Positions 13,514 to 27,033 of a stretch of 64,000 bases of DNA are shown piece by piece (position 1 is the stretch's first letter; each line of letters begins with the position of its first letter). This DNA is from the human T2T-CHM13v2.0 reference genome, Homo sapiens: assembly GCF_009914755.1 (NCBI RefSeq), contig NC_060932.1; one strand, 5' to 3'. Under the pieces are notes generated by a model. It saw only the letters and a program-made list of their open reading frames with translations. It was not told the origin of the DNA and did not search any database. The position numbers and the translations under genes are program-made.

Positions 13514-15145
13514 CCAGTGTGAGTCCTAATTTCGCCTTTGGACAAGATTGAATAGTTACCATTCAAAACAGTCAATCAAATAAGCAAGTTAGGGAAACCT
13601 ATGAGGTCAACATGCTTTCTCCATATGTGTTTTGTGGTAATTATATGTTGTAAAAATTAGTAGAACAGGTACAGGTCAGCACTATAATGCAGTAATGACT
13701 GCTTTGTTAAGACAAATCAATGACATCAGGGAGGAAAATAGGTTAATTTTTTGTTTGTTTTAGATGTGGTGTAACACACTAGTTAAAAGGAAATAAAACT
13801 GCCACTGTTTCTTTTGTTCTTGATGCTTATAATCTTTTTAGGTTTCTCGCCTTATGGGTTACGCTTCACTCTGAGTATTCTCTTCATTGACTAGATCTGA
13901 TATATTTCAGTTCACATAACTTAAAAAAATAAAGCAAATCATGTTATTAACTTGAAAAATCTAGGCTTCCCTCAAATAAAAAATATATTTGTCATAGGAT
14001 AATATAAATATTGTCTTATACTCCTAAAAATGAGTAAATGGCAGTGAAAAGTTTCTAGCTCAAATATATTACAACTATTTTTAAAAGATTGCTTTATATG
14101 CAGATTGAAAGGTCATCAGAAACTGAAAAGTGGCATTCTAATAGACAAGCATAACATTTTCAAACAGGTCTTAAATTATATGTTTGTTTTTTATGTGCTT
14201 TCATCTTTAATCCAGGAAAATTGTTCTGTGTTTCTAATTTATATTACTTAGCAGTAGGAAACTTAAAAAGAATCATAGGTTCAGTAGGCAAAGAGCAATA
14301 AGTACCCTAGCTTAAAATGAGGATTATTCAGTCACTATAGTTTTCAATATGATTTTGAAGCTCATACGCTTTTTTACAACCCAGTGTGTATGGCATTAAA
14401 TTTGGGGCTTCACACATTTTAAAATACTTATGTTAAGATTAATGTCACAATAGTAATTTTAAGAAAAAGATTACCAATAAAATCTCCCAGTGGGGAAAAT
14501 ATAATCTATCATATCATTCTTTCTTATAATGAGGATTAAATATAAAACAGAGTGGAAGGGATTTTAGTCTACCAGAGTTTTCCGTCACTTATTTACCTAG
14601 TATTTATCATAGCTGCATAGATGCTTACTTCTCTTTTAAATCGGGTAAAGAAGCATTTTTCACTTTCCTTGGGGAAGTAGAAAAAGGGTTTGGAGATTCG
14701 TAGTGACCATTTCTTAAAGGCCACCAAGTGTTAGGTGCAGTTTGCTGCACTCTGCATGATTTGTTAGGTTTTGTTTCACCTGCTGCTTTGCTGTTTCATT
14801 TGTCACGAATTCCTTTTGGAATTTCTGCCTTAATTCTTGGTGCTCAATTTTTGTTTATTTGAGAATTTATCAAGTTTTTTTTTAAACATTTTAACTCAAG
14901 CAAAACCAGAAGACCATTGATTAATTATTCATATGAAAAATAGAAGGTAAAAACTCTAAAGGTAGGGCTTTTGGTAAAAATCTACCAATAGAAGCAGTGA
15001 TAACAATAGATATACTGACAGTAGCTAACATTTAATTAAAATGTATTATATACTAGACAATTTATGAATGCTCTATTTAATTTTCCCAACCAAATTATGA
15101 GAACAGTTTCCTTTCAGAAAACTGGGGCATTGAAAGGCTAAATGA

Positions 15146-15466
15146 GTCCAGGTGCAGTGGCTCATGCCTGTAATCCCAACAGTTTGGGAGGCTGAGGCAG
15201 GGGAATCACTTGAGCTCAGCAGTTTGAGACCAACTTGACCAACATAGTGGGACCCCCATCTCTACAAAAAATTTAAAAAATTGGCCAGGCATGGTGGCAC
15301 ATGACTCTAATCCCAGCTACTCAAGAGGCTGAGGCAGGAGGATTGCTTGAGCCAGAGTGGTCAAAGCTTCAGTGAGCCGTGATCATGCCGCTTTACTCTA
15401 ACCTGGTCTCATTCTGTAAGATCTTTCCTGTCTCAAAAAACAACACACACAAAAAAAATTTAAAAA
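15146..15466 (+). mobile_element. AluJ
   Basis: Dimeric Alu with J features (CACTTGAGCTCAG, GGAGGATTGCTTGAGCC) and an altered 3' end. Probable TSD AAAGGCT(A/G)AA. Confidence 0.88.
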
Positions 15467-15874
15467 AAGGCTGAACAATTTATCCACAGTCACCATTAAA
15501 TACGTTTTATATACAAAAATAGTGTTAGATGCAAAGAATATTAAGGTGGAATTTTTATATTTGTAGTTCAATATTAGACATATATAAAATGTAAAGCACA
15601 GTTTTAGGCACAGGAGCTTATAGAAATTCCTTATATTACAAAAAATGCACAATCAGGTAGTGAAAACACATATATAAAGAGTTAATGAGATAGAGTCCAA
15701 TGGGCAAAAATGCAGGGATGTATACAGCAAGTAAACATGGTCAGGTAGAACTTATATATGAACAACATTAAGAATATTGGCTTTAATAATTAAAGAGAAC
15801 ATTCTAGGTATTGTTATTCTATGTAGGAGAGAGTAAAAGGGAGCAATCAATGTTATCAATGTTTATTAGAAAGA

Positions 15875-16605
15875 CAGTGAGGTCCATGTTTCTTTGCTAG
15901 TTGTTGGTCAGAGTTAATCTCAGTTCTAAGTGGCTACTATCAAGTCCTTGCCACGAGGCTTCTTTCATCTTTGATGCTAGCAATGGAGAGTATCTCTCAC
16001 ATCGAATTGCTCTCAGGATTCAAATATATCTGACTTCAGGAAGAGCCCAGTTCTTTTCTAAAGCTCACCTGATTAGTTCAAGTCCTTTAAGAAGGACGAT
16101 CATCAACTGTGCCTTATAAGATAAACCAATCATGGAGTAAAATCCATTATATTCACAGTCCTCAGGGTTACATAGAGTGTGTATATCCCCAGGGGCTGGT
16201 GATCTTGGACATTGTTGTGGAGTGTATGTATGTAGCCCCCAAAATTCATATGTTGAAACCCTAACCCCCAGTGGGATGGTATTAGGAGGTGGACCCTTTG
16301 GGAAGTAATTATGTCATGAAGGTGGAGCCCTCATGATGGGATTTGTGCTCTTATAAGAAGAGACAAAAAAAGAGTTTCCTCTCTCTTTACCCTTCACCAC
16401 CAGAGGATACAGCAAGAAGACAAAAATCTACAAGCTAGGAAGACAGCCCTCACCAGAATCTGACCATGCTGGCAACTTGATTTCAGACTTCCCAGCCTCC
16501 AGAACGAGAAAAAAAAAAAAAAATCTGTTGTTTAGGTCATCTGCTTTATGGTCATTTGTTATAGCAGCTGAAAACAGAGATCATTTTAAAACTCTGCCTA
16601 CCACA
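15875..16605 (-). mobile_element. Old MaLR LTR (MLT1J/K-like), interrupted by a younger MaLR LTR
   Basis: gctcacctgattagttcaagtcc and catggagtaaaatccattatattcacagtcc, resuming after the insert as cattttaaaactctgcctaccaca (typical MLT1 terminus, reversed). Confidence 0.6.
16213..16580 (+). mobile_element. MaLR solo LTR (MLT1A/MSTD-type)
   Basis: cccccaaaattcatatgttgaaaccctaacccccag...ggtggagccctcatgatggga...cttcccagcctccagaac...tttgttatagcagc. Confidence 0.8.
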
Positions 16606-16690
16606 AAGACCACTCTATAAATAATGGGTGTTGATCTTTACATACCTGTATATCTATATGAACTTCCAGGAAATAGACTTGTCTCATTAG

Positions 16691-17056
<366 letters not shown>

Positions 17057-18090
17057 TAGTTCAATATTAATGCCAATGTAGTATGTTCACTTTTTAAGTT
17101 AGTGTTTCTCATAAGGAATTCTTAGTTCTATAGCACCGCCATTCCCTGAGGATAATTCTTTAAAAAAATAGACAAAATAAAATGGATGCAACTATAGATA
17201 TTTATTCAACCTAGGAGAAGGCCTAATGGACACGTGGTACTTCTGTCCGTAACCAGCTATAAAAAGGATTCTAGGAAGCTCTCATCCTCCAAATACTCCT
17301 TACTATTTATAACAAATATGCCCTGCATTGCTGTCCACCATCAATATCAGTTACATTATTATTGAAATAGGAATTTGCAATGGAAAATTTAAATCAAATA
17401 ATAACCATATTATAATAATAACAGAATGTTATTTGACAGGTAAATATGCCTAAAGTCTGGTCTTGTCCTGGGTAAATAACATTAAAGTAAAAAGTCCTTC
17501 ATAAAGACAGTGTATGAGAGGAAATAAGTAACATCCCAAAATTCCAGTGAACACATATTTTTAAAAAGGCAGTATGTGTTGGATAACCATTAAATACAAA
17601 TAGGTCAAATAATAAGGAATCATGGAGTAACCAGTCAGTTTAATGTGGATTCCTCATCTCTCTCAACCCAAATGAGCAACTGATCGTCTCCTGACTGTTC
17701 TTCATCTATGTTGTCAAAAGTGTAATATCCTGAGTTGATTTTGTTCCAAATCACACATGGAGAACAGCAGCAGAGGGTATCACTGATCAAGCCAGAGGCC
17801 TCTGACTGAGTGTCAATACTGCCATGACAGCTAGGTTATGACCATCCACCCAAGGACTCTTGTCAATGGAACTTTGCTTCTGTTGATTAAGAAAATCACT
17901 CTCCCTATTCACCTACCCTAATTAGTTTACTTTGGAAACTAATACAAATAGTATTGCACAAACATAGGCATTCTACTGATGCTTTGTTTTTTTATTGATT
18001 TTTATTTTGACCTATGTGAGTTGATTCACATTTTATTTCCAGCAAAATTCTCCATATGATATATAAAGCAGAACTTTGGAGGCTTAAGAG

Positions 18091-18096
<6 letters not shown>

Positions 18097-18158
<62 letters not shown>
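18097..18158. repeat. A26 followed by (TA)18
   Basis: Read directly from the sequence. Confidence 0.95.
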
Positions 18159-18161
<3 letters not shown>

Positions 18162-18240
18162 ACAGAGTCTCTCTCTGTCACCTAGGCTGAACTCACTGTA
18201 GCCCCCAACTTCTGGGCTCAAGCAATCCCCCTGCCTCAGA
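18159..18240 (-). mobile_element. Truncated Alu/FLAM fragment
   Basis: gaaacagagtctctctctgtcacctaggctg...ctgggctcaagcaatccccctgcctcag. Confidence 0.75.
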
Positions 18241-18439
18241 CCAGCCATAATAGCCTTTTGTATAAATAAGTCGATTTCTAAATGTTCCTATAATGAGAAT
18301 TTTGAGCCTGCACGTAAGTGCAAAAAGTCAGCTTACCTCCTTCCGACTATATATATTTGTTTGATATGTTTTCATAACAAATTAAACTCTACACACTGTT
18401 AAGTGACACAAAATATATTTCCCACTACACTTTGTAAAT

Positions 18440-19690
18440 GTAGCTGATGCAGAGCTATAAGACTGATTTTTGTACATTAATTTGATGTCTAGCTATATTG
18501 CTATATATTTATATTGATTCTATTAATTAGAAGATTCTTCAGGTTTTCTATGTACAATCTGTAAATAATTACATTTTTCTTCTTTACAAGTTAATATTTC
18601 AATTTTAATTTTACTATTTATTATTATTTGGTGTTACATAGTGACTTGGGGTTTCATTTCAATGTACAATAGAAGTGACGATAATGAGAACTTTGTGTTA
18701 TTTCCTAATATTAAGGGAATGCATATAAAACTGTTTGCCAAAAATTATGTTTTACAGGAATTTAATAGACACTCTTTATTAAGATAAGAATATCTCCCTC
18801 CTTTTCTAACTTGCTAAGAATTATAAATGGTTGTTGCATTTTATATAAAAAATTCTGGATCTACAAAGAAGAGTGCATGTTTTTCCCCTTTTAATATGTT
18901 CCTGTGATGTAGTACACTTACTTTTTCTCTACTATTAACCTTCTGAGATATATCCAAGTTGGACATTATGTCTTTTTTCTTTCTTTTGGTAACCTTAATA
19001 ATTCTGGTTTGACTCTTGTTTGTTTGTTTTATTTTCTTTCCTCTGTTGACTTTGATATTGGCTTTGGTAAAATTCTGCTGCTCTCACAGATGTGTTGAGG
19101 AATGGTCACCATTTTTGTATTCTCTGAAAAGGGGTTTGTAGAAGATTGGAATAAGTTTTCCTTTAAAACATTAGTAGAATTCATTTATAAAACCAGCTGG
19201 ACCTGTCACTTTCTTTGTGGGGAGATTTTTACCTACACAACTACGTTCATGGTCATAGAATGTTTAAACAATTTCTCGATTTCTTTTTTAACCTGTTTGG
19301 TTAAGATACATTTTAATAGGAGTTTAACAGTTCTATTAATTTTTAAAATCTACTGCAAATGTTTTAATGCATTATTGTCTTTGATATTTCAGTATCATTT
19401 ATACATAAAAAGAATCCCAGTTTCCATTTCTAATATTTACTTTTGACTTCTCTCTTTTTTGTTGATCACTGTTTGCCTACTTTAAAGATCTTTTCCAAAT
19501 ATAAACATTTGCTTTTTAAAATTCTTTCTAGTATGTCTTTGTTTTCTGCAATGTTCATTTTTGTACTTATTTTATTATCTTTATACTTCTTATTTAATTC
19601 ATTTTTATTTTAAAATTTCTGGATATAGATTTGTGGCTCATTAATTTTCTTCCTGCCATTTTTTCTCATATATATATTTAAGGCTATGAT
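18440..19690 (-). mobile_element. Ancient L1M fragments
   Basis: T-rich degenerate antisense L1 text (tgattttttgtacatt, tagaattcatttataaaaccagctggacctg, ctttgtggggagatttt). Confidence 0.6.
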
Positions 19691-20059
19691 TTCTTTCTGA
19701 TGTATTCTTCCTGGTCACTCCTTTATACAGTTCTCACTCAGTCCTCAGTGCTATCATCACATGTAATCTGTGCTCTTAGAAAATTTATATGAACTTGTGT
19801 TTTCTTGATATGTCTGCCCTTTTATTGAACTATGAATTTTTTAAGAAGAGTCATACCTAGTTCAACTATTTATTCCTTATGCCTATGCAATTCTTGGAAT
19901 ATGCAAAGTTTCACTGAATATTTGTTTAATAAATTAATTAACAAAATAATGAGTATTTTTAAGTCAAGGAATTTAAGCTGTTTGGACATTACAGTATTAA
20001 CACTGAAATTAAAAGTGGTTTAATAAAATATAGAAAAAAGACCTTAAAATTAAGCCTTT

Positions 20060-21600
20060 GATACAGCAACTTGATACATGGCAAATCAGGTAGTACAGAG
20101 CAATGAGGAAAGAAGAACTTGTACATACAATAGTGTTGGAAAATCTGGATAATAAATGTAAGAAGACACTTACATTACACTCTAACAAACATGAATCTTC
20201 TAGTAGATTTCAGACCTAACTATAAAGGTAAGAGAAAACAATATGAGAGAATGCCTTAATGAAAGAAAACATAGGAAAATACCTTCATGGTAGAGAAATC
20301 ATCAAAATTTCGGAAACAAAAACCATGAGGTGAAAATGTGGTGGATTAAGTTATGTCAAATTTAAGATTTTTTTGACAGAGATAAGGATTGCTATCCTAC
20401 ATAACTATAAAAAAAGTGTTTTGGCCTCTCATGTAGCTAGATTGGGAAACTATGTCATTCTGGCCAGTGGAGTACAAGCAAAAATGATAGAGTTACTTCT
20501 CATCAAAGATACTTAGGTAAGATTGTAAGGTCAAACCATGCTCTTTATTTTCCCTTCCTCTGAAACAGTAAAAGCCATATTTAGATGGTAGAGCCACAGA
20601 TGGAAGACTTTTAGATCCTTAAGTCTCCATTCTGAAGAGATTGTTCTGGAGACCGACCAGAATTGCAAAAAACATGGGTCACCTGTTACTGCAGCGTAGC
20701 CTGTTCCATCCTATTACACATATCAATAAAGGATACTCACTGTAACCAAAGGCTAGAAAAAGGTGACCTCATGTCTAAAACCAAAATAACTAAATAAACA
20801 ATAACAACAGAAACAAAATGAACTCCTACAAGTCAACAAGAAAAATACGGGAAAACTAATAAAAACTATGGGCAATGACAGGAATGTGTAATTCAAAACA
20901 GAGAATCACCAAATGATTAATATTTGATACTCTACTTCTATAGGAAGTTTGTCAATGTAAATTTTGGAACTAAGAATGCTAAAAATAGAAAAATGCCATA
21001 TGTTGGTGAGAATTTGAAAATATTGAAGGTCAAATATTCTATTGAGAGTTAAAGTTACTGCCATTCTAAAAAGTGCTCTTGCAGAACTATGTAAAACTAT
21101 GTATATAACTTTGGACTCAGAAATTCCACTGCTAGGGATATATGCACATTCAATTCTAATAATTGCTTCTCATTTGTTTGTAGTAAATATCCACTCTAAG
21201 AGAAACATAATTAAAATGTAGTGGACTAAATTATAGAATATTATGCAGCAATTAGAGGCTGTACATATATATGTAGATGTATATATAATATATATACACA
21301 CACTAACATAGATTATAAAAACAGTATTGTGTGAAAAAAGAAAAAATGGTTTATATGTACAAAGATCGATAACATTTATGGAATTAAAAAATATATACAC
21401 ACAATACAAAGCAATGTTTTATACCAAAGCCCATGAGAATTTAAAGACATAGCAAACACAATAGAGTAGTACCCATGAGGCAACAAGCAAAGGAAGTATG
21501 ACATCACATGGGAATGAAGGAGAAGAAAATAAAAAGAGAAACTTCTTGATATAGATAACTATGATAATGTAGTATTAATTGGAATGTATGGTTAACTCAA
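20060..21600 (+). mobile_element. Ancient L1ME-like 3' fragments with an internal MLT1-like piece (~20430-20715)
   Basis: A-rich L1 ORF2/3'UTR remnants (gaactcctacaagtcaacaagaaaa, ctcagaaattccactgctagggatatatg). Confidence 0.5.
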
Positions 21601-21668
21601 CAGGCTATGTGTGAGGGCAAAGAAGAAACTAAATAAAAGAATAAAATATTGAGAAATCAAGAGTACTA

Positions 21669-22051
<383 letters not shown>

Positions 22052-23978
22052 TCATTAAAACAAAAGGGAAGATGATAAACTAACAAAAAACTTTATTTGA
22101 CCCAAATTTTTATTTTAATATTGGAAGCAACAAAGAAAGTCACTTTTTATGCTCTGTAATTCTATGTTCAATATCTTTATTGAATTACACTCCCACATTA
22201 TTAAAAGTCATAAACAAATATTTCTGTATCTTAAAATTTTTCTCTTTATTCTTGTATAATCAAAAAGTAATGGGAGATAAAAATGATTTTTTAATGCACT
22301 AGAAGGTAGGTATATTAAATATAGCTTTCTTTGTTGGGGCTCATTTGCAGTAGATTTTCCCTTCCTAAATATGTTTACTAAAATGAAAGTAAAATAATAA
22401 GCAAATTCTAGTGAGTCATCTATGCAAAATAAACTAGCTTGCCTGGTGACATAAAGAAATACTAGACAGTATGTGGTTATAATTTTGCACCGATATTCAG
22501 ATAAATAATCACTGCAGGAAGCACAGGTGGGGCTGGTATTCAAATTCATAAATCTTCAGGTTTTCTAATGGTATCTAATAATTCAAATTCTTAAATAGAT
22601 TGTGTACTAAGTGAAAATAATGGGACAAGGCCATATTTTGTAACTTCTTGTGGATATAAGTTTGCTTGTCTGTTGCAGTAAATTTATGCCAATTTTGTGG
22701 ACCATACACAGTGTGATTTGTGACAATGGCCACTAACAAAAGCTTTTATTCTAAAGAGTTTGCTAATTTTCAAAAGGGCTTTTTGAGCATGAAACTACAT
22801 ACCACTATTTCTTTTCAGCTTTGTGTCAAGAAAAGGTCACTTTATGGGAGTTATTGTTTATGATATGTTAACATTCACAGGAAAGAGACTATGGTTATTT
22901 TAGGATCAAGATGACAGCTATATGAAATGATAATGTAGCTATATTGGGAAATGTAATTAAACTGCCTCTGTGTGTTGAATGATAATTGCAATGAGACTGC
23001 TCAGTGAAAATTTGATGATGAGACATGAAGAAATTCAAAGTCCTACTGACTCCAATCTTATTTAGAAATACAAAATTCAACCCAGATTGGTGAAAAACAT
23101 TTGGTTCTATGTAAGTGTAAAGGGAACAAACAGTTAAAAATTGTTCTTTTCTCTTAAGTCAGCAAACTGTACTTTTGACAATTGCCTTTCCCCAAACTAC
23201 AGAAGTCTTTCTCCTCGTACAGTTTTGAGCAAACAACACTTCAGCCTTTTGCCCATATATCTCTCCACTGTTAGGCCCAATACAGGAAAGAAGAACCCTG
23301 CGAGTAAGTGCTGCTCCAAGAGGGGCTGAGCCTGATTCCAGCAGACTCTCCCTTTATAAAGTCCAGGTGGCCCTGGAATCAGAAGAGCCTCAAAAAGTAC
23401 TGCTCTTGCCATGAGATTTGTTTTCATTGACTTAGAGATACTACAGTTTACTTCAGTGGGTTTTCTAGAGTTGAGCTACCCTTGCATTCCTGGAAGAAAC
23501 CAACTTGTAAACTGCATATTATCCAATTGGTAACATATATTTTAAAATAATGTGTTAATTTTAATTGAATGCATCCCACATATAATAGCACTATGGTTTA
23601 TTTTCAAGCTTATTTTCTTGAAGAACTTTTTTTATTCTCATAAACCAAAAATTTTAGCAAGCAGCTTTAAAAATTTGTCATTGCATCAAAGTGGATGGTT
23701 TTGCTGTAAAGATTTGGGTGTTATCAGTTTATTCTATGTTTGTTTATTACTTGGCAGTTTTGTTCTGGTTCTTTCTCAATTCCGATCATCTATAAATTGG
23801 ATCATCTCTCTTCTCTCCACAGTTACCATCTTTCTGATCATTTTCTCCTGTATGTTTTTTCTCTTTTACTCTTAAGGAGATTCTCTATTCCCCAATATCA
23901 CTGATATAATTGTATATGATATAATTATATACTTTCTCTTCTTGGTACCTCTAAAGCACATTTTAATTTGCTGTTGTT

Positions 23979-24281
23979 GGCTGGTGGCTCATGCCTGTAA
24001 TCCCAGCACTTTGGGAGGGCAAGGCGGGCAGATCACCTGAGGTCAGGAGTTTGAAACCAGCCTGGCCAACATGACAAAACCCTGTCTGTACTAAAAATAC
24101 AAAAATTAGCTGGGCATAGTGGCGCACACCAGTAATAACAAGTACTCGGGAGGCTGAGGCAGGAGAATTGCTTGAACCCGGGAGGCAGAGGTGCAGTGAG
24201 TGGGGATCATGCCACTGCACTCCAGCCTGGGCAACAGAGTGAGATTCCATCTCAAAAAAAAAAAAAAAAAAAATTAAAAAC
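23979..24281 (+). mobile_element. AluSx-like
   Basis: Full Alu with a short 5' deletion. TSD AATTTGCT(G/A)TTGT at 23965-23977 and 24284-24296. Confidence 0.93.
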
Positions 24282-26151
24282 AAAATTTGCTATTGTGCTT
24301 TTAGTTGCTCTTATTCTCAATATCTGTTAACTTTTTAAAATTTTATTCTGTATCTCAAGATAGCTCTATTTTCATCTCGTTTTTCTTTGTTATGTAATAT
24401 TTATTGAAGAAACATGCATATGTATTTAAAACATTTTTTTGTTTTTGTAGAAAGCCTTTACATACTTAAAATTTATTCTGCACCTATATTAAAGTCAATC
24501 ACTTACTCTTTGTTGTGGTTGCCACCTAAATAATTTTTCTCCGTTTTATTCATCCTTGAAAGAATGACAACCTATACATGTCCAATTTTTGTCACTTAAT
24601 GAGTGTGAATCATCTCTTTGATCAACATCACAATCAAACTGGATGCTGCCATGAGATAACCTCACACATATTTTTGTTCTATAATACATCTGTTAATGTG
24701 GCTCTCCTGGTCTGGACAGATATTTCCTTCTGCTGCCATTTCTAAGTCCTCACAGTTTAAATATGTTTCTCCATAGTTAATGTGGAGTTAAGTTATAGCT
24801 CCTCTCTAGAAATAGTGCATTACATAATTTAATTCCCAGATTATACAACTACTGCAACTCTTTCTGTAAATCTCTGCTTGGTCTCACATCCTGGATATTC
24901 CAACTACATTTATTTTTACCCATGGGCATATTCCTGAATTTTTAGGAAGGGATTTCAGAGTTTTATCTTTTAATTTAATATTTTATCAGTGGAGATTTTT
25001 AATAGAATGAAATATTTAATTTTTAAAATGATGCCGGTTCCTTCATAGTCTCTGAAGCTAAAGACAGAGGCCACTTTATCAGCTAAGGCCTGGTATCATA
25101 AAATGTGACAGACAAATTTCTAAAAGCTAAAATTGGAATTCATTCATCCTTGAAGTTCTCGAAGTCATTCTTTGATTTTTAAACAATGAATAGTTCTTTG
25201 TCTAAGCAAAACAGCATTATTAAATTACCTTCAGTAATTGAAAAGGAAGAATATTTGAGTTGCAGGAAGTCCAAAGTAAAATCATATGAAGTAAACCAAA
25301 CTTATAAATACCATATGTGTGGACTCTTTAGACAATGGCTTTTGTTGGTTCTATATGAAAGTAATAGAACAGCAGTTTGTATCATTGTCTTAAGCAGAAA
25401 AAGTCTGTAACAGTTTGAAGAATTAGACAATCCTGTTTTTTTCAATAAGATACTCCCCCTTTTTATATTTTAGTAATAACATGGTTTGAATAATAAGGGA
25501 ACTGGCTAAGGTTTTTGTTGTTGTTATGTTGTTTGAAAGCCGTTGAAGATCCCGTCAGCCAAACTTGGAATTTGGTCCTTGGTATACCACAGAGCCAACC
25601 AACAGCAGCAAGCAGCAGTGAATGTGAATAACAAGTTCTCTTTTTTTCTTCCCCGTGTAAGTTAACAAATCACTGTTGTCTCCAGTATACAGAACCTCAG
25701 CATTGACATTCTAGAGGTAAAATGTATTTCACATTTTGAAAAGGACCAACCCTAAGACAGTTGGTAAAGTTAAAAAAAAATACTGTCTCTGAAGTCCTTC
25801 ATTGACTTTCTGAGTTTATTTTACTTCAGCCATAGTCCAGGGAATCAGTCCTTTAAGATGGACACTTCTCCAATTCTTTCCACCAGATGAGAATATATGA
25901 CAATTAAGTGAAAATTGATGCTAGAGTGAATTGATTCAATGATAATTTTCCACATTCCTCACAGTCATTCTCTAGGAATCTTGGTAAAACTTACATGTGT
26001 CATACAAGAGGGAGCATGGAATACGAGAGATGTGAGTTAAAATTTTACCTTTCATTTTTATTGGGCAATATTTACATATTACTTAATTTTATGCATATTC
26101 TCAATATCTTACTTGAAGACTTTCTGTCTTTATTATGAAAATTAAGCAATA

Positions 26152-27033
26152 AGGGGAGGAGCCAAGATGGCCGAATAGGAACAGCTCCAGTCTACAGCTC
26201 CCAGCATGAGCGACACAGAAGACAGGTGATTTCTGCATTTCCATCTGAGGTACTGGGTTCATCTCACTAGGGAGTGCCAGACAGTGGGCGCAGGTCAGTG
26301 GGTGCGCGCACCATGGGTGAGGCGAAGCAGGGCGAGGCATTGCCTCACCTGGGAAGCGCAAGGGGTCAGGGAGTTCCCTTTCTGAGTCAAAGAAAGGGGT
26401 GACGGAGGGCACCTGGAAAATCGGGTCACTCCCACCCGAATACTGCGCTCGCACCACAAGATTATATCCCACACCTGGCTCGGAGGGTCCTACCCCACGG
26501 AGTCTCGCTGATTGCTAGCACAGCAGTCTGAGATCAAACTGCAAGGCAGCAGGGAGGCTGGGGGAGGGGCGCCCGCCATTGCCCAGGCTTGATTAGGTAA
26601 ACAAAGCAGCTGGGAAGCTCGAAGTGGGTGGAGCCCACCACAGATCAAGGAGGCCTGCCTGCCTCTGTAGGCTCCACCTCTGGGGCAGGGCACAGACAAA
26701 CAAAAAGACAGCAGTAACCTCTGCAGACTTAAGTGTCCCTGTCTGACAGCTTTGAAGAGAGCAGTGGTTCTCCCAGCACGCAGCTGGAGATCTGAGAACG
26801 GGCGGACTGCCTCCTCAAGTGGGTCCCTGACCCCTGACCCCCGAGCAGCCTAACTGGGAGGCACCCCCCAGCAGGGGCACACTGACACCTCACACGGCAG
26901 GGTACTCAAACAGACCTGCAGCTGAGGGTCCTCTCTGTTAGAAGGAAAACTAACAAACAGAAAGGACATCCACACCAAAAACCCATCTGTACATCACCAT
27001 CATCAAAGACCAAAAGTAGATAAAACCACAAAG
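26152..27033 (+). promoter_or_regulatory. L1 5'UTR internal sense/antisense promoter with intact YY1 site
   Basis: AAGATGGCC at 26164-26172; CpG-containing L1 5'UTR. Confidence 0.8.
26490..26579 (-). pseudogene. L1 ORF0, truncated to 29 aa
   Basis: MAGAPPPASLLPCSLISDCCASNQRDSVG* matches the ORF0 N-terminus; a 1-nt loss gives an early TAG. Confidence 0.8.

Noticed and set aside
23223-23303. Possible exon (ctcctcgtacag...CGA|GTAAGT)
   Set aside because: Moderate splice signals only and no recognisable protein; this is expected by chance in 64 kb.
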